Notes: a model not told the origin generated them from the sequence alone. A stretch of 64,000 nt of DNA from Saccostrea echinata (GCF_033153115.1 NW_026889750.1:32364001-32428000); one strand, 5' to 3'. Positions 1 to 11,672 are shown, numbered from the stretch's first letter. A program made the numbers and translations.

Positions 1-1045
1 GTCTTGGTAGGATTTTTATATAGTTTGGAATGGACTTGCTCCCAAAACCTTTTCTGGAAGTGAACTTAAAAAAAAAATTTGGTTACTATCCGGAAAAAAG
101 TAGGTCAGATCCAGAATCCGAAACAAGACTTGTAGCTCTCGTCCCTAGATGCATTATCCATGCAGGTAGGGCTTATAGTTACTTGGGAATAGACCTACAC
201 TTGTTCACTCATCTAGAAAATTCTGGATCCAGCATCCTAAGCAAGTTTGGTAGTGTGATAAATCATCCTTGCAAGTTGAGTTACCATATGGCTTATAATT
301 ACTTGGACCTGCTCTAAAAAATCACATGGATATGTACGTCAGTTACAGCATCCGAAGTAAGTTTCTTATAGTGTGCATCCCTAGATGCATCATCCAAGCA
401 AGTTTGCTTCAATTGGAGCTTATATACATGGGAATGAGACCTGCTCCAAAACATTTAACCTCTTCCAAAAACTTTTAACTGCTCCAAAAACATTAACCTG
501 GTCATTTATCTAGAAAATACTGGCTAAAAATGCAGGATATCAACAATCTCGTTTGAAGTCTTCATTTCGCAAGTTTTATGGTCGATACAATGACCTTGTC
601 ACCTATCATTGAGTCAAATGCTGAATGATGTTCTTCATTCCAATTGTTAGACCATTTTTATTCTCTGAACTGTCTACGGATTTTTCCGATTTTTTTTCGA
701 TCATGACAAGGAGCACATGGCGGGTGTGACCGGTCGGCAGGGGATGCTCACTCCTCCATGGCTCCTGATCCCACCTCTAAATTTTGAGGTCCGTGTTTGC
801 TCTGCTCCAAATTTGTATCGTTTCATTGAACTTTCGAGATTGAATACTGTTCGTTATCTTCATATTTCATATGAAACCTGACTTGTACAATGAATATATA
901 CTAGAAGTATCACCCATGCAACTCTGAATAATATATGGCATAGAAATATTTAAGTATTTAAAAGAAATGCTCCAAAAACTTTAACCTGGGACACACGACG
1001 ACTGTTCCACAAGTTCTCCCAGCTTCGTTGAGGTGAGCTAAAAAT
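1..1045 (+). mobile_element. Degenerate satellite-bearing Helentron-like element interrupted by a PLE fragment
   Basis: Recurrent CCCTAGATGCAT..CAAGCAAGTTTG units; terminal GGTGAGCTAAAAA shared with other elements in the window. Confidence 0.55.
533..872 (+). mobile_element. 5'-truncated Penelope-like retroelement 3' end (RT C-terminus plus 3'UTR)
   Basis: 538-600 translates to YQQSRLKSSFRKFYGRYNDLV, then frameshifted LSLSQMLNDVLHSNC*; GC-rich 3'UTR that I recognise from bivalve PLE copies. Confidence 0.75.
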
Positions 1046-1449
1046 GACAGGTGACATTTTACTTTACGATTACAACTGAGACTAGGACATATTTCAAAAT
1101 TGTCATATTGCAGTATGAACCTCCTGGAGTACTCTAAAATCCCTGAATTTCATGGGGTGAAATTTTTGTGGCTTTAGGGGATTTTGGGGAATTTGATTTC
1201 ATGGTTGGAAAAAAAAACATGGTACTGTCCTACAGATTTTTAATACTTCCTGGAGGACATAAATTCATGAGTCCCTTCTAATTACAAACATTAATCACCA
1301 GCAAAAGTTAGTGATTTTACAAGTATAAATTCATTTCATGATTTGAAGTCAACACAAAACTTTCATTTGTCACTTGACTCTGAACACTCGTATAGATATG
1401 ATTTTGCCTTTCATAAAATGATTGAGAGAAATTAACAAAAAATACTTAC

Positions 1450-1479
1450 TTGTTCATTGGTATGCTTGTTTTCTTCCAT
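1450..1479 (-). CDS. Possible first coding segment (MEENKHTNEQ) of a further minus-strand gene running out of the window
   Basis: Exon-like 1450-1621 (tacag acceptor, gtaagt donor) and a second gtaagt donor at 1849; no homology recognised. Confidence 0.3.
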
Positions 1480-2330
1480 ATTTTATGATTAACAGGTTCG
1501 CCATGTAACTAGTAAGCTTTTTTTCAGCAGACTTTTGTTTGAAACATTTAAATGTCTATTTCAATCGAACTTCCTTTTAAAATATTCTTTTGTACGGTAA
1601 AATGTTTCGAAATCCACTGAACTGTACATAAAATACCAAACTAATCCAACAATGTATTTTTATATGAAACCTAAGATTGTTTAATTGTATAACAATTAAA
1701 CTAGGGAGGTAGTAAAGACTAAATACTCCAAGTTATTTATAGTTTACATCTTGTATAAGAAAAATAAAAACATTATTTTTTTTATAAAAGCAACCGTAAA
1801 TTTTTCCTAAGATAAGCATAAAATCATAATAACCTTAAGATTTACTTACTTTTTCTTGCTCTGTTCTCCCGTGTTTATTTTTCTTTTTTAGTTTGAAACC
1901 CAGTGATCCGTAGTGTATTGCCTCAATAGCTATAAAACACCCTGCTTTTAACACAATACTGTCCTTTGAATAATCTTGTCCTCAGAATAACACAACATTT
2001 AAATTTAAACCCATGACTATGTACTCCAGGCATAGGAAAACATATTTACCGAGTACCTAATCAGTCTGGGAAAATGGGCGCTGGTGTTGCTCAGAAGTAT
2101 ATTTCTACAGCTGCGTTTTCATTTATACTTTGAACAACTGTGTAAAAACATTTTATGTTAATTACTGGACTCTGTTGAAAATTAGTTAGATTGTCAAACT
2201 CTATGTACTGCAGTAATTCAACAAAAAAATTGATAGAAAATTCAGTTGTTTTCTGTGGTTCCCTTTAGTGGTCCTCTTCGAATAAAATCCGTAAGTGGAT
2301 CAAACATTCTCACCAATGTACAGAAATAAT

Positions 2331-2333
<3 letters not shown>

Positions 2334-2362
<29 letters not shown>
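2334..2362. repeat. (GA)n microsatellite
   Basis: Seen directly. Confidence 0.95.
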
Positions 2363-2367
<5 letters not shown>

Positions 2368-3840
2368 AATACTAGTAGTTTCAAGTTTTTATAATCATTG
2401 CCTCTAAAAACAGAACAGAGTCAGAAAAATTGTGAAAATTTATCCCTTAAACCCCCTTCCATCCAGGAATGCAGCCCTGTGAGTTGCGAACAGCAAAACT
2501 AAACGTGAACAGATGTACATCTAAAAAATGACAAGATGTCCATAGGCCACTATACTCACCTGAGCCACCTTGAGCCTGCTACTCTTCATATGAATTAACC
2601 TCTCCCCTCTTTATTTCCATGAAAAATTTTAAACCCCATATCGTGGCACCAGCTTAGCTCAAAAGGGGTTATATATTAATCGAACTTGAATCAACACATC
2701 AAGGGGATGCTTCGGTTTCTATATGACCAACATAACCTTGCTTTTATGGGGATTATTGTTAAAGATATTTTCGCTGTATACCAGCATCATTAAAAATGTT
2801 GATTAGTGATAAGGGCCCCATCCTATTCCCATGGTCCATTATTTAAACCAAAAAAAAACTTAACCCGAAAACTTTGGATTACGTGGAAAATCAAACGATT
2901 TAATTTTTTATACATCTCCATGTACGTAAAACCCGGATTCAGTTTTTGTTGCCTTACCCTAGCTTCGAAACCATGAGCTGAACAAACTAACTGCCTTATG
3001 ATCAGATGCTTGCATATATTATGACTTTAGAATCCTAGTTTCGCTGTTTTTGAGAACAATATATCCGAGAAAAAATTTTCCTGTATATTCCCATGTAAAA
3101 TTTTTATCCCTTACTGTGGCCGAATCCAAACTCTGGAGTCATGATTTGAATGAACTTGAAAATTTATTCTGAAAGTTAAGATTCGATGTGTTTTTCAACA
3201 TCATTTTGCAAATATGTGTGTTAAAGCTCATGTATTATTTTAAAATAAGTAAATAAGTGAATGCTATGTCGCAATTAATGAAGGATATGAAAAATTCAAA
3301 CAAAAAAAAAAAACCAAACAAACAAAAAAAAAAAAAAAAACCAAACCTAAACAAAAAAAACCCCCAAACATTCCAGGCAACATATCTTAAGAATTTGATC
3401 ATTGACCCCATATAATTTTAACACCAGTAGAATAAGGGCTTTTTTAAAGAGATTTTGTAATTCATACAATCATAGGCATACAATATACAATAGGTGGTTT
3501 TCATTCATATCAGAGGATTTTTGTTGTCCTCTGAGTAAAATTCATCCTTAAGATTTTAAAATTTTCCTGTAAGCGTATTCCACTGTAAAATTTTGGTCCC
3601 CTGTTTGTGGCTCCACTTACCCGGGTGCCATGATATTAACAAAATAGTCCCTTATGTTCCTGTGGAAGAGTGGAGGACACTCATATTTCTTCTCGTGCAA
3701 AAAATATACAGAAGCTAGAAAAGAATTTTCGATAGATTTCTGCAAATGGGAAAATTACATACTGTTGATACTCATACATTACTCTGGGGAGATGAAACGT
3801 TAAATAATGTTGAAAATGAATACTTATTTTCCATTGTACA

Positions 3841-4583
3841 AAAGAAGATGGGTGAACAAGGCGTGCAGAATGCCTATAGATTCCGATATTAATAAAATCA
3901 TATTCAATTTATGAATTAAGTCTTTAAAATAAAGTTCTCATTATTGAAATTTATTAAATTATGATCAACAAAACTTTTCTGAGAAAAAAGATCTCGGAAA
4001 AAATTATTCTTTTATTTAAAAAATAAAATGGTATTCGTGGGATTCGAACCCCCTAAAAATAAAAATCCGGAGTTTCATATTGTATTGAGACCAACACGCT
4101 AACCACTACGCCACGCATCTCCTGACGAATAGCGGCATTTAAATCATGTTTGTGATATGACCCTTGACTTAATGGACTTCAAGTATTTCTCGGAAAGATG
4201 TGAATGCTTTGTCATAAAAGTGTACTTTTAAGGTATAGTGGGTCTTTGCTCCATGTTTTTGTAAACCAATAAATGTATATTTTTATGCAAACTTTTAGGA
4301 TCAACTTTCAAAAAAATGGAGCGAAGACCCACTCATATCGAAAAATTTTGTTAAAGTGTGAGAAAATGACCCTTTTTGTCCTCTTTAGTGTGTGTAAGCT
4401 ATTTCGTAGGCAAATAATTTCAGTCTTTGTGAGATTTTTGTAAATTGTAGAGATTTAGCATAAAATATACTTTAATGTTAGATAAAATATCAAAGAAAAT
4501 TTTTATATAATTGAGATTTTATTTTTCAATTCATGTTTGTCGCACTTTAGGCACTTCGCCCGCCTTGTTCACCCATCTTCTTT
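3841..4583. mobile_element. Kolobok-like non-autonomous TIR element containing a tRNA-like cassette
   Basis: 23-bp perfect TIR AAAGAAGATGGGTGAACAAGGCG, extending imperfectly to about 36 bp; TTAA-like flanks are degenerate. Confidence 0.8.
4029..4120 (-). pseudogene. tRNA-derived sequence (Pol III A and B boxes), not an intact tRNA
   Basis: A box TGGCGTAGTGG with a pairable D-stem, B box GGTTCGAATCC, CT-CAA at the anticodon position; acceptor stem does not pair. Confidence 0.65.
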
Positions 4584-4930
4584 ATTAAAAAGTCAGGTCG
4601 TTTTGGTTGATGCAATAATTACTTCTTGCGAATTCTATACAGCTTGTGTATTGTATAATGTTTCTCTGATTATTATGCTTTTCTGTGTTTTATTCATTTT
4701 AAGCTGAAACCCATATATGTAAATATGTTTGGTATAATTCATATGTAGGGAGAGGGCGTATTAAGTTTTAAGAACTTTTGCCCAATCCCATTTGTAAAGT
4801 TTATAGACAATAAAATATGTTCAAACCAACAAAATAGAATCTATTAAGTTTCATCTTCTCGGGCTCAGTGGATAAAGAGAATAAAAATTTTAAATGCTCC
4901 AAAAATGTTCACTATTTCCTAATTACTTTA

Positions 4931-5304
4931 TCGCGGTACATATTGCCCTTCTATATATCGTCGCCTACCCTCACTGCACGTAAAGTCGTTCATCGGTACA
5001 TATTGTCGCTGGCTGAAAAGTTTGTCGCAGGCGACATAATGTGCCTACCCTCACTGCACATATTGTCGCCCCACAGATACTGCTGCTTAGAGATTTTTTT
5101 GTAACTTTGTGAATTAATGTACCTGGTTCGTAAATTTATTACACTGACGTGTCTCGTATGCTATTCATGCAGCAAGATTGTAACGTTACATATTGTCGTC
5201 CTGTTCATATTGTCGCCGGCGACAATTAATGTGTACCTACCCTCACTGCACATATTGTCGTCCATTGGTACAGATCGCATGACAATACTTGACAATGCTT
5301 CCAT
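4931..5304. mobile_element. Truncated MITE with internal ACATATTGTCGCC repeats, right end GACAATGCTTCCATA
   Basis: Short direct and inverted subrepeats; CCATA end as in element 10871-11275. Confidence 0.5.
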
Positions 5305-7152
5305 ATAAATATTACTAATCATTGCCTTTCTGTTCTTGAGATTTTTAATGAATTTTTCCCATATGATTTTTGGGTCATGATTTGAACATACATGTACTTG
5401 AATCTACACTGCCTGATGATGCTTTTGTATAAATATGACTAATCATGGGCTTGCTGTTCTTGAAAGAAGATCTAGATTTTTAAAGATTTTCTGTATATAT
5501 TCCTATGTAAAACATTGATTGCCCATTGTGGCCCCATCCTACTCCCGGGGGTCATGATTTGAACAAACTTGAATGTAACTATATAATGAAGCTTTCACAT
5601 AAATATCAACTCTTCTGACCCAGCAGTTTTTCCTGTATATTCCTATGTAAAATTTCGATCACCCATTTGAGCCCCCCCCCGGGGGGGGGAGGTAATGATT
5701 TGAACAAAATTTAATCTACACTTTATAAAAAAGATTTCAGATAGGTTTCGACTATTCTGGCGCAGTGGTTCTTGAGATAAAGATTTTTAAAATATGTCAC
5801 AAAATTTTCACTAATTCTTAATTATCTCCATTTGAAAGAGAGCATGGCCCTTCATTTGAGCAGAGGATCATTCTCTATAAGGCTGTTTTTCGGCCTACGA
5901 TGACTTCATTTTTAAGTAATTTTTTCCCCTTTAAAAACTGCATGAAACATAGGTTAATGTTCCAATTTAATGATAAAAATTGATTGGTGAATGATACTAT
6001 AGTATTTATTGTGATATACGGTCACAAAGTAATGTACTATTGGTCCGTATTAGTGCATGTATTAGGGTAATGGGAAAACTCAAGAGAGTGGGTGTGTTAG
6101 ACAACTCCTACAGATGTCATAACCACCTTTAACCAACACCAAAATTTGCATGTACACTTCTTATAAACATAAAAAGTGACTACCAGATTATGAACTTGGT
6201 TAAAGGTGGTTATGACATCTAAATAAAAACTTTTGTTTTATTTTTACAATATTTGCAAGAAAAGCTTACTACTCACAGAAAAGGCTATCAGCTTATGCAG
6301 ATTATTTCATATGATAAGCTTTCAATTAGAGTACATATTTCTGTTGATTCAGCAAGAGTTAATATAAGCCATGCACTTTTACTAAAAATTCTAAAATCAA
6401 AGGACAGGAAAGAATGAATATTATGAAATTACACATGAAATTAGGCCTCAACTGAAAGAAGTATTCCTTGAGTATTCAACACCTACACATCTGTTATATG
6501 TATTCAATTTCATTGAATCTGTTGCTATTAGGGATGAATTTCCACTCTCCTCAGTGTGATGTCATAGGTTTTTGCAAAAACTGTCATCAATTTAAATTCT
6601 TACCCCATAGAAAGATATCTTTTGGAAGAATGCTTTTCAATGGGTGTAATAACAAATATTTTTTAGTTAAAGAATTTAAAAAAAAAAATATTTTCTTTAT
6701 TTAATCAATTATTCAATCTTTAAAAATATGTTGCTAAGGTAAGGGCAATAACTCCTTCTCATGTATCTATATTCAGTCATTTTCTTATTGTACTTCTAAT
6801 GTAAAATGGTTTCCTTAATATTCACAATTCAAACATATTTATAAAGAAGCAAATTTTTTGGAACTTTTAGCATCACAATTATGTATTTGAATCAGTTTTT
6901 TACATTATTTTTTAAATACTATTTAAATACTATTTACTAAAAATGTACGACTTTTAATGCTGACATATGCTTTAGTTTATTTATGTCTTACATCTTAAAA
7001 AATATGGCAAGCTATACATTTTCTGCGCTTATGTTTAAATTTTAACTATATTCAGTGAAAATTAATGCGGTTTTTCTATTTTGAACTCATGCCAAGGGTT
7101 GTCAGGTCATTAGTTGAAATCTTCAATGCGTTTTACTCAAATGCCCATTTAA

Positions 7153-7484
7153 GCAGACGATACGTTCCTCAATAATATAAATATATTTTTTTCCCAAAAT
7201 TTTGTCATTGAAGTATTGCTACTTTAACATGTTTACTCACAAAAAATTTAGGTACCTTACCAGGCATTTGTGCAAGATACCTGAGGGTAGTTTTTCTTAT
7301 ACATGTATAATCCCGTTGGAAATAAAATTAATTTGTCTATATCAAATTTTTCAGTGTTTGGATTTTTTAAAGACGATTAGAAACTGGTTTAGAAATCAGA
7401 AGGTAATTAAAATTTTGAATATTTTTCATACATTACGAAGATAATGTATACATAACAGACATTTGAGGAACGTATCTTCTGACC
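7153..7484. mobile_element. Kolobok-like MITE flanked by TTAA
   Basis: ttaa|GCAGACGATACGTTCCTCAA ... TTGAGGAACGTATCTTCTGACC|ttaa. Confidence 0.7.
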
Positions 7485-8325
7485 TTAACAATTACACCTA
7501 TATATTCCTATGCCTAAACTTTGACCTATTGTTTTGGCCCCGCCCTACCCCCTAGGGTTATGATTGAACAAACTTGAATTAATACTACCTGAGGATACTT
7601 CTGTATTAATATGACAAATAATGGCTCAGCTGTTCTTGGGAACATTATTTAAAAATTAAAAGATATTTCCTATATATTTCTATGGTAAACTTTGACCCCG
7701 TTTTGGTCCTGTCCTACCCCAGGGGCTCGTTTCTCAAAAAGTCGTAGATTTGGGCCTAAGTTAGTCCGACTAAGTAAGTTACGCCAAAATTTAGACGGGC
7801 CTAAATCGCGTTTCAGAAAGCGGCGTAAGACTAGGCCTAAGACTAAGACCTCTCCGCTAAGTACTAAACATGCGCAGATCGCATTTTATTAAAACTTAAT
7901 CCTAAATACAGAAGTAAAGCACGGAAAGCATGAGCGCGCGTGCATGTTTTCTCTCTTCACCATCTTTCAAACAGATATATTACCCAAAACCTATCTGTAT
8001 TATCAAGGTCAAAGCATTAAAATTAAACAAGTATTTTTGTATGCTCAGATTAATTTTAAAAAAAATCTATATAGGCACAAATTACATATGAAAAACATAA
8101 ACGTGCATGTACTCGATTGTGATATTCACAATTGTGTTTTATACAATCGCACATTAGAACCCAAACGATGTACATAGCATACGTGTATGTACTTGCGAAA
8201 AATTGGAATACATTAAGCATGAGGAATTTTACTGAAGAATTTTCCTTTGAAAATATGCCATGTTGTCTTTTCACTTTGTTTTACATTAAAATAAATACAC
8301 ATAAGGTTGTGGCAAAGACCTGGAA

Positions 8326-8722
8326 CAGGTTCGTAGCGACGTTTCAAAAGTGGGGGAAATCCCCCCTCCCCCCAAAAAATCTGACAAGCCAAAAAAAAAA
8401 CCCTCTTAACTACCAAAAAGTGGGGGAACGCGGAGGACGGGGGGGGGGGGCTTCCGAAATTAATGTGATCAAAAAAACTTCATTAACTGTCCAAGTCAAA
8501 AACCTAATTAACTGTCCAAGTCATGCAGTTTGCCAAGTCAAAAAGCTAATCAACTGTCCAAGTCATGGAATTAATTATGGAATTTGCCAGTGCTCGACCT
8601 TACAGCGACAAAAAGGGGGGGGGGGCACCAGTATCTGAAGGAAAATTAAATATAGCAAAATACTACACTCAGAAAAAGTGGAGGGCCGGGGCCCCCTAGC
8701 CCCACCGCATCCTACGGGCCTG
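8326..8722. mobile_element. GC-rich MITE (CAGGT.CGTAG...CTACGGGCCTG) nested in the Harbinger-like element
   Basis: TIRs and 5-bp TSD TGGAA; relatives at about 24910-25110, 43127-43320 and 45168-45420. Confidence 0.8.
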
Positions 8723-9489
8723 TGGAAATTTCAACAATTATGAAATCATATATTATTAAAATATGGATAAGAGATTTTTGAAAATTTATCAGCTGTATTG
8801 AATTTATAATTTCATAACAGAATAATCACTTCTAACTGAATTAAATTTCTTGGCATTCAAGCAGATACATGTATTACAATACATGTATTACACTTTGGAC
8901 ATACAGTTTAACATTGATATCGATATGATGATGTACACAGTCCATGTAGAAATACGCATATACAATGTACAACAATTCCATTAGCACACACATTCTCAGT
9001 AAAGGTTTGCAAAAGCTTAAAATTTTAGTCAATCAAGTATTTTTAGATTATCAATAATATAAAATATATATTAATTTCTTGTGATCCATATTACAGGCAA
9101 GCAGTCTAGTATATTTATAAATTTCTGAAATATTTTCATTTAATAATTTCCAGTCGGGATCAGATTTATTTAGATCGGAAAAGGTACAAATTTCAACATC
9201 ACCATCTTTTTCTTTTAGACGTAGTAGTTCCGTTTCAATTTCTGTTAGGAATATGATCATATTATATTTACATTTTTAAAATATTTTTCCTCAACATCTT
9301 TTGCAAATTAAAAAAAGTTCATGTTCTCATGAACTACCGTGGGATGAGTAAGAATATTTCCATTGTGATGTGATTAAAGTCAACCATTTTAGTGCAAAAT
9401 TTGTTTTCTTTCAAAAATGATCGTTGAATGACAAAAATATGTGGCAAATCATGAGAGAAATAATGTAAATATAAGATATGAATTTAATT

Positions 9490-9622
9490 TTTGAGAATTC
9501 ATGAGGCACATGAACTACACCGCTTCACGCCTGCATATTTATCATAAAGCGCTAACGCGCTTCATGAAATACGCCGGCCTACGCGTGAAGCGTCGTAGTT
9601 CATGTCCTCATGAATTCTCAAA
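9490..9622. mobile_element. Long palindrome, Crypton-like non-autonomous element core
   Basis: About 40-bp arms TTTGAGAATTCATGAGG.ACATGAACTAC..CGCTTCACGC and their reverse complement around a central AAGCGCTAACGCGCTT. Confidence 0.55.
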
Positions 9623-10870
9623 CACTCTCAATTCTTAAACACATGTATTTCTTTTATAGATGCAGGATGTTTCTTGAAGATTTCATCTAGATATAATGAT
9701 ATTAACAAGTCATGACTTCCATATTCATAAATATTTTTAGATAAGCAAAATTTCTTCTTCTTGATACGTTTTACGAGTATAATAATTAACAAATACAAAT
9801 TATCAGGGACCCAGTGTGTGTGTGGGGGGGGGGGGAGGGAAAGGGGGATAGATAATTGAGTAACCAAAATATTCAGCAAACTTCGACAGTACAAGAAAAC
9901 AAATACTGAAAGTGTTGGTCAGCCTAAATTACAACTTAGTTTTTAACACAAAACACCATTACTGGAGAAAACGGTAAGGTTGCAACCCCCTCCCCCATAC
10001 TACGCCTGACTGCTTTTTTTTAAAAACTCGGGCACTTCTTAATATCTTACCCAGTTTCACAATTCAAAATTCTTACAAATTTCTAGCTCATCAAACTTTT
10101 TTACGGAAAAAAGTCTGCATCCTCGTTAGATTTTACTGCCTTTCTATTTACCTACATATCATATATGTACATGAATAGGTATTTTATCGTATAAGTACAA
10201 AATAATTATTTTTTAAATCTCTTTTTGATCAAAACACTTGCCACTTTTTACAAGTTGTGTACAGACTAAGAACTTAAGCCTACTCATGAGGAGGCCCAGA
10301 TTTAAGCTTAACTTTAGTCTCGACTAAGTCTGCGCCTTTTTGTGAAACGCTACTTAGTCTGATTTTTGGGTTTAGTCACTAACTCAGTCCGGACTAAGCT
10401 TACGCCTGGTCGTAGGCCTTTTTGAGAAACGAGCCTCAGGTGTCAAGATTGGAACAAACTTGAATCTACACTTCCCGAGGATATTTCTATTATAATATGA
10501 CTAATCATGGCTTTGCTGTTCTTAAGAAGACTTTTAAAGACATTTCCTATATATTCTTATGTAAAACTTCGCCCCCCTATTGTGGCCCTGTCCTACTCCG
10601 GGGGCTATATGAACAAACTTGAATCAAGAGTATAATGAAGCTTTCACATTAGTTTCATCTTTTCTTGCCCAGTGGTTCTTGAGAAGATTTTTAAAGGATG
10701 TCACCAAATTTTCGCGAATTCTTAATTATCTCCCCTTGAAAGCATTACCAAACAAACTTAAATTCCCTTTACCCAAGGATCCTTTGTGGCAAGTTTGGTT
10801 GGTTCTTCAGAAGAAGTCAAAAATGCGAAAAGTTTACAGACTGCAGACAGACCCTCTTTGATCAGAAAAG

Positions 10871-11275
10871 TATGGTGTCCGGATAGGGCCATTTGCAAAA
10901 GCTCAACAGCGCGTTCAGAAAAACACGCCGTCGCGCTAACACACAACATGACATCACGCTAACACAAAATTCGCCGTCGCGCTATCACAACATTGAACAA
11001 CACGCTGTCACAAGTTCGCACAACACGCCTTCGCGCTAACACACAACACGCTGTCACGCTAACACAAGTTCGCACAACACACCGTCGCGCTAACACACAA
11101 CACGCTGTCGCGCTAACACACAACTCGCGACGGCGTGTTGTGTGTTAGCGCGACAGCGTGTTGCTTGAAAGCGTGTTAGCGCGACAGCGTGTTGTTTGAA
11201 AACGTGTTAGCTCGATGACGTGTTTTTTTGAAGGCGCTGTTGGGCTTTTGCAAATGGCCCTATCCAGACACCATA
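10871..11275. mobile_element. Foldback-type MITE with arrays of a 23-bp subrepeat
   Basis: About 55-bp TIRs TATGGTGTC..GATAGGGCCATTTGCAAAAG; TSD GAAAAG; CAACACGCTGTCGCGCTAACACA units in mirror orientation. Confidence 0.85.
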
Positions 11276-11672
11276 GAAAAGCCCACATGAGCCTTCGGCT
11301 CTGTAATCACTTTTTCTAAATATGTTGAAGAATGGACCCGGATCAAAGTGGACGGAAAAGAACAGAATGATGCAACTGCAGCGCAATAGGCCCTTAAACA
11401 GGTTAGAGATCTAATGATGTTAGGAAATATACAATTTTAAATTGGAGCAAAAGCAGAGTTTGTAAAAAAAAAAAGTGATTTAAAAAATGGGTGTAATTAA
11501 AACTGCATACAATATTATATTAATTTAGAATTCTCACTGTGTTTGTGTTGGAAGCTTAAATCAATTTCTCCATCTTGTAAACTTTTACTCCCTCCAATAG
11601 CTGCATAAACATTCCAGAGACCTTCCTTATTCATACACTCATCAAAGAAGACAAATCTGATTTGTTTTTGGT

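Larger units (their letters stand above)
7723..10436. mobile_element. PIF/Harbinger-like non-autonomous DNA transposon (2.7 kb) inserted in a satellite unit
   Basis: TIR GGGCTCGTTTCTCAAAAAG / CTTTTTGAGAAACGAGCCT; 3-bp TSD CAG; subterminal CTAAG repeats; the host unit resumes after it. Confidence 0.85.
2530..11301 (+). mobile_element. One or two Cg170-type satellite-bearing Helentron-like elements fragmented by nested insertions (pieces at about 2530-3700, 5310-5860, 7490-7722, 10437-10870, 11276-11301)
   Basis: Head ACAAGA..GGCCAC..CTCACCTGAG at 2531; about 166-bp units (GTCATGATTTGAACAAACTTGAATCTACAC); tail GATCAGAAAAG..TGAGCCTTCGGCTC. Confidence 0.75.

Noticed and set aside
719-775. Hammerhead ribozyme in the PLE fragment
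   Set aside because: No CUGANGA or GAAA core in the required arrangement
4029-4120. Functional tRNA-Leu(CAA) gene
   Set aside because: Acceptor and anticodon stems do not pair, and internal T5 runs would terminate Pol III
8132-8638. 168-aa plus-strand ORF
   Set aside because: Crosses a MITE boundary and homopolymer runs; no recognisable domain
10920-11225. CRISPR-like array of about 23-bp repeats
   Set aside because: No unique spacers, orientation flips mid-array, enclosed by TIRs and a TSD, eukaryotic context, no cas genes
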